Positions 52,171-60,759 of a DNA stretch of 64,000 bases are shown here, in pieces. Source of the stretch: a virus (taxonomy: Duplodnaviria; Caudoviricetes); the IMG/VR virus record IMGVR_UViG_2915650412_000004, positions 1 through 64,000 of that record; one strand, written 5' to 3'. Under the pieces are notes generated by a model. It saw only the letters and a program-made list of their open reading frames with translations. It had not been told where the DNA came from and did no database searches. Positions within the stretch are counted from its first letter, which is position 1. Each line of letters opens with the position of its first letter. The position numbers and the translations under genes were made by a program.

Positions 52171-52532
52171 ACTGCCGTTTGACGTTTCAGGTTCGGCAGG
52201 ACGTGGATGACGGATTCGGCGGCACACGCGGTGAGTGGGTTGACCAGTTCACCGTGCCGGGAAGGCTGGAACCGCGATACGGCAGCAATGCCGAGAGCAT
52301 CATGGCTGCGCGAATGCAGTCTATGCAGCCCTATAACCTGACGATCCGTGGCAGCACTGCGGCAAGGCAAGTAACGGCGTCTTGGCGGGCATATGATGCT
52401 CGGGCTGGCGTTACCGTCGACAGCCAAGGCGCACGAAGGCCAAACCGCGTGTTCGGCATTAAGACCGTAGTCAATCCCGACGAGCGCGGGCAATACATCG
52501 AGATGCTGGCGATTGAAGGCGAGGAAACGTGA
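52140..52532 (+). CDS. Head-tail adaptor/head-closure protein
   Basis: AGSLNCRLTFQ...DGFGG...W; position. Confidence 0.8.
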   Translation: MAKRAGAGSLNCRLTFQVRQDVDDGFGGTRGEWVDQFTVPGRLEPRYGSNAESIMAARMQSMQPYNLTIRGSTAARQVTASWRAYDARAGVTVDSQGARRPNRVFGIKTVVNPDERGQYIEMLAIEGEET

Positions 52533-52996
52533 TGGCGGTCAAGATCAAAGGTCTGGATCGCCTGCAGATAAAGCTGAAGAAATTCCCGGAAGTGGCTGAA
52601 AAGCTTGTCAAAGCCGCGATGGAGCAGGGGGCACAGGAAATCGTCAACATGATGCAAAATCTGGTTCCCGTCGATGATGGTGAACTGATGGAGAGCATCG
52701 GGTGGACATGGGGTAAGGCTCCAAAACACAGCCAGCGCATTGGCAGCGTGAAGTCTAACGATGGTAACCTGACAATCACCATCTATGCCGGCAATTCAAA
52801 GGTGCGTTATGCGCATCTGGTCGAATTCGGCAGCGCTCCACACGTGAACGGTGGCATGTATCCGGGCACTTTTAATCCGGGCGCCAAGGCGCAGCCGTTC
52901 TTCTTTGTGAGTTTTCGTGCTAAGCGCCGCAGCGCAAAAGCTCGCGTATCTCGTGCCATTACAAAAGCGGCAAAACAGATTGCTGCTGAGAGATAA
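52529..52996 (+). CDS. HK97 gp10-like protein (helper)
   Basis: NLVPVDDGEL, YAHLVEFGS, AQPFF. Confidence 0.85.
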   Translation: MMAVKIKGLDRLQIKLKKFPEVAEKLVKAAMEQGAQEIVNMMQNLVPVDDGELMESIGWTWGKAPKHSQRIGSVKSNDGNLTITIYAGNSKVRYAHLVEFGSAPHVNGGMYPGTFNPGAKAQPFFFVSFRAKRRSAKARVSRAITKAAKQIAAER

Positions 52997-53076
52997 CACA
53001 CCCGCATTAAACGGGCCAAACGGTGCCGGTCACACCGGGCCAATCTTATCCCTGCGCCGCTATTGAGGGGTGCCGA

Positions 53077-53802
53077 ATGACTGATGCTATATACGCTGGC
53101 GATGCCGGTTATTTCAAGACGTGCACATGCTGCGGAGAGACTAAGGCAGCACAACGTTTTTCAAAGGAAAGGCGATGGGGCGACGGTTTCTGCTCATCGT
53201 GCAAGGATTATAAAGCATCATCAGCGCGAGAATGGGCAAAGAAGAATCCTGAACAGGTGAGCGGGCGGTACATGTCCCTATCTCCAGACCGGCGCGCAGA
53301 CATTCAAAGAAAACGATTAGAAAAGTTACTGACAACCCCCGGAGCGATAGAAAAGACGCGCGAGAGGGCACGCGACTATTATGCCAAGAACCGTGAAAAA
53401 GTCTTAGCTCGCATGTCATCCCAGGAGGGGCGAGAATACTCACGCATAAAGATGCAAGAAAAGATGAGAGATGATGCCTTTCGTCTGCATTCCAACATAT
53501 CTAGGGCAATCAGGGCTTCCATTAAAGATAAATATCGACGCCCTTGGGAAACCCTTGTCGGCTACAATCTGAATGAACTTATGACGCACATTGAGCGTCA
53601 ATTCTTGCCTGGAATGACGTGGGAAAACCATGGGAAAGGCAAGGGGAAATGGCATATTGATCATATCGTTCCGCGATCATCATTCGGTTATGACAGTGCC
53701 GAACATCCTGATTTCGCGGCTTGCTGGGCCTTAGCCAACCTACGCCCTTTATGGTCGGATGAAAATATACGCAAGCACGCCAAGCGCTTGTTCCTGATAT
53801 AG
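53077..53802 (+). CDS. Free-standing HNH-like endonuclease in the neck operon
   Basis: CTCCGETK...CSSC; WHIDHIVP...NLRPLW...ENIRK. Confidence 0.78.
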   Translation: MTDAIYAGDAGYFKTCTCCGETKAAQRFSKERRWGDGFCSSCKDYKASSAREWAKKNPEQVSGRYMSLSPDRRADIQRKRLEKLLTTPGAIEKTRERARDYYAKNREKVLARMSSQEGREYSRIKMQEKMRDDAFRLHSNISRAIRASIKDKYRRPWETLVGYNLNELMTHIERQFLPGMTWENHGKGKGKWHIDHIVPRSSFGYDSAEHPDFAACWALANLRPLWSDENIRKHAKRLFLI

Positions 53803-53811
53803 GAGGGCGTT

Positions 53812-54228
53812 TTGGACCCGGTTTTAGAACTTCAGGGCGCAATTATTCAGCGCTTGCGAAGCTTTCCTGCGCTTGTCTCCCTGATTGGCCAGCGCAGCTA
53901 CGACAACCCACCGACGAATGATCAAGGGCAGATCTCGCCCTCAATTTTCCCCTATGTCAGTATCGGCGCGTCGAGCGCTCAGCAGGTAGATGCCGACTGT
54001 ATTTTCGCTGACGATATCATTTTCCAGCTGGATGTCTGGTCGATTGAGCCAGCCAAAAAGCAGATGCGCGACGTCGCAAACGCAGTGCGTCTCGCAACAC
54101 GAGGGTGGGAGCCTGTTTTGACCATCAACGCCCTCGTGACATTCGAATATTGGCGAACTGACTACATCAAGGACGGCGCAATCAATCATGCGTCGGTTCG
54201 TTACACGGCGATTATCGAGCAGCCTTAA
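53812..54228 (+). CDS. Tail terminator (DUF3168-like)
   Basis: FPYVSIG, QLDVWS; TTG start after AGGAGG. Confidence 0.82.
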   Translation: MDPVLELQGAIIQRLRSFPALVSLIGQRSYDNPPTNDQGQISPSIFPYVSIGASSAQQVDADCIFADDIIFQLDVWSIEPAKKQMRDVANAVRLATRGWEPVLTINALVTFEYWRTDYIKDGAINHASVRYTAIIEQP

Positions 54229-54306
54229 GGCCCCCCCGCGCCGATCACCCCAAAAATCTTTCTGTACGGCTGCCCTTTGGGTGGCCTTTTCGTATTGGAT
54301 CACTCC

Positions 54307-54756
54307 ATGACAGCTGCTACCACGATCAAAGGCGGCAAGGTCCGCGTCAAGATCGGCGACGATGCAACGCCGACCGTGTATACCGCACCGTGCGGCTTCA
54401 CGCAGAAGTCGATCACACTTTCGAAAAACCTCAATGAAGTTTCAATTCCCGATTGTGAAGACCCCGACAAGGTGGATTGGATTGGACGTGACGCCGCATC
54501 GCTCTCAATGAGCATCAGCGGTGAAGGTGTCTTGGCTTCCGAATCCGTAGAAACGTGGCTGGATGCTTGGGAAAGCATCGATTCTGTACCGGTCCAAGTC
54601 GAGATCGTTTTCCCGGCCAAGACTTACACGTATACCGGCAAGATGCATGTCGAAAGCCTTGAAATCGGCGCTAACAATGGCGAGCGAGCCACAAACAACG
54701 TTTCGCTGCAGTCAGACGGCGAAATGGTCCGCGTCTCGGCGCCGACGGCTCCATAA
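54307..54756 (+). CDS. Major tail tube protein
   Basis: PCGFTQKS...PDCEDP...SISGEG...SLQSDGE. Confidence 0.85.
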   Translation: MTAATTIKGGKVRVKIGDDATPTVYTAPCGFTQKSITLSKNLNEVSIPDCEDPDKVDWIGRDAASLSMSISGEGVLASESVETWLDAWESIDSVPVQVEIVFPAKTYTYTGKMHVESLEIGANNGERATNNVSLQSDGEMVRVSAPTAP

Positions 54757-55196
54757 TGAGCAGAGACGCTAAGGTTGAGCTCGACTGGGCGGACGGTACT
54801 TATACCTTCCGCCTCGGTTGGGGCGAATTGGAAGCATTGCAGGAGGCGTGCGACGCCGGCCCTTGGGTCATTCTGGAGCGGCTTTTCACCAAACAATGCC
54901 GCGTCGGAGATATCGCCCATGTGATCCGGCAGGGACTGATTGGTGGAGGCTTGGAGCCCACGGCGGCCACGAAACTGGTGCGAACCTACATCGAAAAACG
55001 CCCACCTGCTGAGAACATCGTATTCTCCACCATCATTTTACAGGCTGGTATTCAGGGCGTGCCGGAGGAGCCGGTGGGGGAGCCAGCGGCGGCAAATCAG
55101 ACGGAGAACGGCTTGATAGTCTCCCCAACGGAAAAGTCAGATTTGCCGCGGTCTACGGCAACGGCGCGGCGCTCGGCTTCACGCCGCAAGAAGTAA
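54756..55196 (+). CDS. Tail assembly chaperone (gpG-like)
   Basis: WADGTYTFRLGWGELEALQE; between tube and tape measure. Confidence 0.82.
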   Translation: MSRDAKVELDWADGTYTFRLGWGELEALQEACDAGPWVILERLFTKQCRVGDIAHVIRQGLIGGGLEPTAATKLVRTYIEKRPPAENIVFSTIILQAGIQGVPEEPVGEPAAANQTENGLIVSPTEKSDLPRSTATARRSASRRKK

Positions 55197-55321
55197 GGCG
55201 AATGTCCATGTGGCAGTTCATGGCTGCCGTTGACGGTTACGTCAAAGCCAACTCGACTGACGATGGCGGTTTGAGCCAGGCGGAAAAAGACGAGCTTTGG
55301 GAGTGGGTGAGCGAGGGGTAG
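55079..55321 (+). CDS. -1 frame extension of the chaperone (gpGT-like)
   Basis: Open -1 frame after G GGG GAG (55076-55082) encoding ...GFTPQEVRRMSMWQFMAAVDGY... Confidence 0.7.
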   Translation, partial: GASGGKSDGERLDSLPNGKVRFAAVYGNGAALGFTPQEVRRMSMWQFMAAVDGYVKANSTDDGGLSQAEKDELWEWVSEG

Positions 55322-55322
55322 G

Positions 55323-55952
55323 TCATCTGCGGCGGTAGTGGGGGCGAACATAAGTGCCATTTCGGCGATAATAGCCGCGAACAAAAGTAGATCCGCCCCC
55401 GTAAGAGCTGTACGATCTGCTATAGCTAGGTGCCCACGATCCATAACCATCGTAACCGCCGGCCCGAGACGCCGCGCTTCTAGCGCCACAACGGCGTCCT
55501 GCTGCATCTAGACTATCCGGTGTAGGGCAATTGCCAGTATAAACTCGCGATGAAGGGTAGCTTGGTGAGGCCAATGCATAGGAAGGATACGATGAGCTCA
55601 GAACCGTCCCAGCATTATTCCCGAAGGCTACCACTCCGCGTTTCCCGTCGGATGTAGTGAAGGAGCCGGTACCGCTCATGCCATCGCGCGCGCGGGTGAT
55701 GACGGCTGATCCATAACGACCGTCACTGCACGTCACGGGTATGGTAATTGTCGGACTTGTATCAAGTGCGTCGTAAGTTCCATTGCACGACAGAGTGCCG
55801 CCCGGTTGTGAAAGCTGAAAAGTTCCGCCTGAAATCGCTGCAGTGGCCGTCCCGGTCAAGGCGGTCCCGTCCTCAAATCTCGCGGCGGTAGGCAGAGTGA
55901 TGCTCCCGCAGCCAGCCAAACCAACTAACGTCAAAAGCATAACGCTTCGCAT
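55323..55952 (-). CDS. Moron lipoprotein
   Basis: Signal peptide with LAGC lipobox; C-terminal VRGYYRRNGTYVRPHYR motif. Confidence 0.75.
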   Translation of the reverse strand: MRSVMLLTLVGLAGCGSITLPTAARFEDGTALTGTATAAISGGTFQLSQPGGTLSCNGTYDALDTSPTITIPVTCSDGRYGSAVITRARDGMSGTGSFTTSDGKRGVVAFGNNAGTVLSSSYPSYALASPSYPSSRVYTGNCPTPDSLDAAGRRCGARSAASRAGGYDGYGSWAPSYSRSYSSYGGGSTFVRGYYRRNGTYVRPHYRRR

Positions 55953-56020
55953 CATTACCCCTCCCAAGTTCTTCCCCGTCTGAACTAAGCAAGGATGAGG
56001 CGAAGAGTCGAGGGGGGATT

Positions 56021-56365
56021 CTACTTAAACGGATTCAGCGACTTTGCGCCTTTGGCCCTAGGATCAATGGTCAAGGTATATGCGCCACCCGGCAACTTGT
56101 AAGGCGCACATCGTTGTAAGGCTCGGTTGAGCGATTCCACGCCAGCCTTCCCAACCCCGTCTTTCGGGAACTCTTTGGCGGTAACATCCGACAAATCCCC
56201 GTCTTTATCCAGTTCGACAGAGAGAACGATCTTGCTTGCCAATTTCATTGAAGCAGGCGGGTTCCAGCACTCCAGCGCAGCCCGCGCGAACGCATCGTTC
56301 TGCTCATTAGCTTGCGCGGGCATTGCCATAACGGCGGCAGCAATCACCAAAAAACATACTCTCAT
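56021..56365 (-). CDS. Moron exported protein, TolA/TonB C-terminal-like
   Basis: Signal peptide; CWNPP...VELDKDG...RALQRCAPYKLP. Confidence 0.7.
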   Translation of the reverse strand: MRVCFLVIAAAVMAMPAQANEQNDAFARAALECWNPPASMKLASKIVLSVELDKDGDLSDVTAKEFPKDGVGKAGVESLNRALQRCAPYKLPGGAYTLTIDPRAKGAKSLNPFK

Positions 56366-56379
56366 GGAGCCTCCCTGCC

Positions 56380-58797
56380 ATGGCCACTAACCTTGAATCT
56401 CTTGTCGTTCAATTTTCTGCCGATTTCAAGCGATTGGAGAACGCTATCAATCGTCAGCGCGGGCAGTTCACGCGGCAGATGCGCCAGATGGAGAAGTCCG
56501 CAGATGTCAGCGTACAGCGTATCAACGCGGCGCTTGGCAATATCGGCAAGGGTACGATGCGAGACCTAGCGGCCCCTTTGACCGGCATTACTGCCGCGTT
56601 GGGTACGCGAGAGTTGATGCAGTACGCGGATGCTTGGACGCAGGCTGGAAACCTTATCCGCGCGTCCGCGACTGCTGCGGGCGTTGGTGCTCGGTCGTTG
56701 AATGAATTGAAGGACGGGGCGAACGAGGCACGCACCAGTCTGGAGACCTATACGGAGCTTTATGCTCGTCTGATCAGATCTGCGTCTGGCGTTGCCAAAT
56801 CCGAAGAAGAGATCGCGCTCGCCACAAATCTGGTCGCCAAGGCGATGAAAGCTGGCGGCGCGTCAGCACAAGAACAGCAAGCCTCGCTTATCCAGCTTGG
56901 TCAGGCACTGGGCTCGGGCGTGCTGCAGGGTGACGAGCTCCGGTCATTGCGTGAAAACGCGCCAGTCATTGCGAAGGCAATCGCTGACGAATTTAAGGTT
57001 TCTATCGCCGGGCTTAAACAGCTTGGCGCCGATGGGAAACTGACGTCCGACCGGGTGTTTAAGGCTATCCTGAACGCTCAGAAGCCAATCGAAGCCCAGT
57101 TCAAAGCAACGAACGCGACGATTGCCGACGCTTTCACTCAGCTCAACAACGAATTCACGGCTTATATCGGCAACGCTGACAAATCGGCGGGCGCAAGTGC
57201 GCAGTTGGTTCAGGCGCTGCAGTACGTTGCGGACAACTTCAAGGAAATAGCCGACGTCGTCGCCGCCTTCGCGACTGTGCTGATTACTGCTTTCACCGGA
57301 CGGGCAATCGCTGGGGTGGTCGTCGGACTTGGTCAGGCTGTCGTTGCATTGGGCTCATTCCTGACAGCACTTCGCACAGGTACGAGCGTAGTTGCAGCGT
57401 TCAGCGCGTCTCTCGGCCCGATTGGGCTTCTTGCAGGTGCAGCTGCTGGGGCGGTTTACCTGCTCTACAACAATATGTCGTCCGGCGATCAAGCCGCTAA
57501 ATCCTTCAGTGAATCGGTCGATGGGAACAAGGTTGCGCTTGAAAATGCAGCTTCAGCTTCTCGTCAGTACCAGACGGAACTTGTCAAGCAGATCAGCTTG
57601 CAACTTGAGGCGGCCAAAGCAGCCTATGCGCAGGCAGACGCTGACTTTTCGGCGGCGAATGCACGCGCACAAGGCTTTCGAAAGCTAACTGGGCTCAAGT
57701 TCGAGCCACTTGAGTATGCAGCAGACCAAGCATTGGCAAACGCCGACGCTCTCGGTTTTGCAGTCGGGAAGCTGGAAGACCAGCAGAAAAAGGCTCAGCA
57801 GATACTCGCCTCGACGCCATCTGGCTACGGCGGCGGCATCGCGGCTACACCAGACGACAAGAAAAAGGGCCGCACGAAGAAGACACCCGCTGAACGGTTC
57901 GACGGTGACATTCAGCGTATCGCCGACCGCACCGCCGCACTTGTTGCAGAGACAGAAGCGCAGCGCCAAATCAACCCGCTGATAAATGACTATGGCTATG
58001 CCATGGAGAAGGCGCGCACGGAGCAGGAACTGCTCAATGCGGCGCAAAAGGCGGGTGTTGCGCTCACTCCGGAACTGCGAGCACAAATTGCGCAGACGGC
58101 GGACCAGTGGGCGCTTGCCAGTGCCGAGGCTAACAAGCTGGCCGAGGCGCAGAACCGGATCAAAGAAACCGCGGAAGACATGGCGGCTTTCCAAAAGGAT
58201 CTGGTCGGTGGGATTGCTAACGATTTTATCAATGGCGCCAGTGCCGCCGAAACCTTTGCTAACGCGCTCGGGAAGATCGCTGATAAACTGATTGAAATCG
58301 GCCTTGCGAATATCTTCGATACTGACAAAGGCGGCTTCGATTTATTCGGTGCTCTGGGTGGCATCTTCCGTAAAAACGGTGGACCGGTAAAGCGCGCAGG
58401 CGGTGGCATTGTTCGCGGTCCTGGCGGGCCGCGTGGCGACAAAATCCCGGCGATGCTGAGCGATGAGGAATTCGTCGTAAATGCGGCAGCTACGAAGCGC
58501 AACCGTGCCTTGCTGGAAGCCATTAACAGCGGTCGTGTCATCGGGCTTAAGGATGGCGGCTCACCTTTGCGCGCGCCATCCATGCCGATCCTGCGGTCAT
58601 CTGCTGCGACGCAGCAAGCGCAATCCGGCATTGCCGACGTTCGTGTCTTTGTGGATCGCGACGGCAACTGGCAGGCCGAGGTAGAACGCATCTCGCAGCG
58701 CAACGTCAAACAGGGACTGGCTTCCTACGACAAGTCTGGAGCCGTTCGAACAGCGCGCGATCTAAGGCAGGTGAACTCGAGAGGACTGGCAAAGTAA
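56380..58797 (+). CDS. Tape measure protein (helper, 805 aa)
   Basis: LIQLGQALGSGVLQGDELRS; GPGGPRGDKIPAMLSDEEFVVNA. Confidence 0.93.
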   Translation: MATNLESLVVQFSADFKRLENAINRQRGQFTRQMRQMEKSADVSVQRINAALGNIGKGTMRDLAAPLTGITAALGTRELMQYADAWTQAGNLIRASATAAGVGARSLNELKDGANEARTSLETYTELYARLIRSASGVAKSEEEIALATNLVAKAMKAGGASAQEQQASLIQLGQALGSGVLQGDELRSLRENAPVIAKAIADEFKVSIAGLKQLGADGKLTSDRVFKAILNAQKPIEAQFKATNATIADAFTQLNNEFTAYIGNADKSAGASAQLVQALQYVADNFKEIADVVAAFATVLITAFTGRAIAGVVVGLGQAVVALGSFLTALRTGTSVVAAFSASLGPIGLLAGAAAGAVYLLYNNMSSGDQAAKSFSESVDGNKVALENAASASRQYQTELVKQISLQLEAAKAAYAQADADFSAANARAQGFRKLTGLKFEPLEYAADQALANADALGFAVGKLEDQQKKAQQILASTPSGYGGGIAATPDDKKKGRTKKTPAERFDGDIQRIADRTAALVAETEAQRQINPLINDYGYAMEKARTEQELLNAAQKAGVALTPELRAQIAQTADQWALASAEANKLAEAQNRIKETAEDMAAFQKDLVGGIANDFINGASAAETFANALGKIADKLIEIGLANIFDTDKGGFDLFGALGGIFRKNGGPVKRAGGGIVRGPGGPRGDKIPAMLSDEEFVVNAAATKRNRALLEAINSGRVIGLKDGGSPLRAPSMPILRSSAATQQAQSGIADVRVFVDRDGNWQAEVERISQRNVKQGLASYDKSGAVRTARDLRQVNSRGLAK

Positions 58798-59408
58798 TGG
58801 CTGAACTACTTCCGACTGGCCTTCGTTATCAGCCGACTTTCCCGGTCTTGAATCGCCCGGTTTCCATGTCTCAGTACGGGGATCGGGCGATTTCAGCGAT
58901 TGAGAACGGCGACCCGTTCTGGACGTGGACTGCGAAAATTACCGACTTGACGAATGCCAAGCGCAATTTGCTCGAGGCGTTCATTGATCGTTGTCGGGGT
59001 GGGCAGGTTACGGTGCACTATACGCCTAAGCATGTTTGCATCCCGCAAGCCTATTGGGGTGATGCGAACAACTCGGCGATTACCGGTACGGCAACTTTGG
59101 GCGCGATCAACGGCAACACGCTCACGCTTAACGGCGTGGCAGTTGGTTTGAAGCTGATGAACGGCGACCTGGTTGGCATTACGATTGGCGATTACAACTT
59201 CATCGCTCGCGTCGTCACGAATGCCACAGCCGCAAGCACAAGCATGCAGGTGAAGATCGAGCCGTTCTTGCCATCTTACATCACGGTCGGCGCGACGGTC
59301 CGATTCAAGAACCCGGTAATGAACATGCGGCTGATGCCGAAGACGTGGGAAATCGGCGAAGGGAAATTTCCCGATGCGTCGTTTCAGTTGATTGAGGTGC
59401 CGAGGTAG
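58797..59408 (+). CDS. Distal tail protein-like
   Basis: Position after the tape measure; beta-rich. Confidence 0.7.
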   Translation: MAELLPTGLRYQPTFPVLNRPVSMSQYGDRAISAIENGDPFWTWTAKITDLTNAKRNLLEAFIDRCRGGQVTVHYTPKHVCIPQAYWGDANNSAITGTATLGAINGNTLTLNGVAVGLKLMNGDLVGITIGDYNFIARVVTNATAASTSMQVKIEPFLPSYITVGATVRFKNPVMNMRLMPKTWEIGEGKFPDASFQLIEVPR

Positions 59409-59413
59409 TCGCC

Positions 59414-59647
59414 CTACCGTTGCCGTCGCGCACGAATAGCGCGAACCCACGTGTTGTTGAACATAATAGCCCCGATGACCAACGCGACAGCGCCGATGGC
59501 TATCATGCCGATTGCAACGCCCTGGTCTCCGAACTGCTGATATAACCAGCCCGTTTTTTCTACTGATTGGGCTGGATTTCCAAGGCGAAGAACACCTTGG
59601 ATCAAGGCACCAAAACCGACAATCAACATGCAAACACTTCTAATCAT
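59414..59647 (-). CDS. Small two-TM moron protein
   Basis: 77 aa, opposite strand inside the tail operon. Confidence 0.6.
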   Translation of the reverse strand: MIRSVCMLIVGFGALIQGVLRLGNPAQSVEKTGWLYQQFGDQGVAIGMIAIGAVALVIGAIMFNNTWVRAIRARRQR

Positions 59648-59708
59648 GCCGGCCAGATATCATCTGGGCGCGGTTCAATCCACCCTTTCGATGATTTGGC
59701 GGTAACTA

Positions 59709-60275
59709 ATGGCCTTCCCAGCACGTCTACAGCAATTGCTCGACGAGGGCAGGGGCAAGATAGCCTCGGCCGTCAAAGTCGAATTCGGTACCGGCACCTA
59801 TGGCTTTTTCTCTGGCAAGGGGAGCGTGAGTTATGCTGGCCTTACGTACAACGGAAACACGCTGATCGACATCGACGAGCCTATGTATGCGCTCGGTACG
59901 GCTGCCCAGCCGGTGACGATGCGGTTGCCTGCCGCTGCTGATTTTGAGCTCACACCCGACAAGCTGAAGCTGATTGAGCAGGAAGACTACAAGAACCGTC
60001 CTGTCACGTTCTACGACTTCTATTTCGATCCCGACACGAACGCTTTCCTTCATGCAGAACCGACCTGGTACGGCTATGTCGATACCATCGATCACCGCGA
60101 GGAAGGCGACAATGTTTGGTTAGAAGGCAATATCGAGACCGGTGCAGTCGACAATTTCCGCGAAGGCTATCGTTATGCCTCGCACGAGGATCAGCAGCTT
60201 GTGTCGCCCGGTGACATGCTTTTCGAGTATGCAGCGAGGATCAAGAATGAATTCTTCAAAATCAAATTCGGCTAG
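59709..60275 (+). CDS. Tail tip/hub protein
   Basis: Position; EDQQLVSPGDMLFEY motif. Confidence 0.72.
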   Translation: MAFPARLQQLLDEGRGKIASAVKVEFGTGTYGFFSGKGSVSYAGLTYNGNTLIDIDEPMYALGTAAQPVTMRLPAAADFELTPDKLKLIEQEDYKNRPVTFYDFYFDPDTNAFLHAEPTWYGYVDTIDHREEGDNVWLEGNIETGAVDNFREGYRYASHEDQQLVSPGDMLFEYAARIKNEFFKIKFG

Positions 60276-60276
60276 G

Positions 60277-60684
60277 GTGCAAGGCTGGGATCGGGCGTTG
60301 GAAGACCTTGCGACGGCTCATGTATCGATCACGCCGGAATGGGGCGTTTCAGACTGCCTCATGACTGCCGCCGATGCCATCAAGGCCGTAACCGGCGAAG
60401 ATCCGCTTGCGGAGTTTCGCGGCAAGTACAAAACCGAAGCCGGTGCAGCCCGCAAGATGCGCGCCAATGGCTGCGAGAACGTCAAGGACGTGCTCGAAAC
60501 CTATCTCCAGTTTGAACCGGTCAATCGGCTCTCTGCTCGCCGTGGCGACGTCGGCGTGATGCTCATCAATGATGAATACGTCGCCGGGTTCATTTGTGGA
60601 TCGGGCTTCGCGGTCAAACAGCCGCATGGGCTTAAGTTCTTTCCGGTGACCGATATCGAGCAGGCCTACAAGGTCGGCAGCTAA
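60277..60684 (+). CDS. NlpC/P60-like tail assembly protein
   Basis: WGVSDCLMTAADAI...ARRGDV; GTG start. Confidence 0.72.
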   Translation: MQGWDRALEDLATAHVSITPEWGVSDCLMTAADAIKAVTGEDPLAEFRGKYKTEAGAARKMRANGCENVKDVLETYLQFEPVNRLSARRGDVGVMLINDEYVAGFICGSGFAVKQPHGLKFFPVTDIEQAYKVGS

Positions 60685-60710
60685 CCACCACTACAATTTG
60701 CGCCTTTCAA

Positions 60711-60736
60711 GGTCCGCCAGCAGCGGGCCTTTTTTG
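60711..60736 (+). terminator. Terminator-like hairpin within the tail operon
   Basis: GGTCCGC-cagca-GCGGGCC-TTTTTT. Confidence 0.5.
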
Positions 60737-60759
60737 TTGCGCCTGCATGAGGCCCTCGT

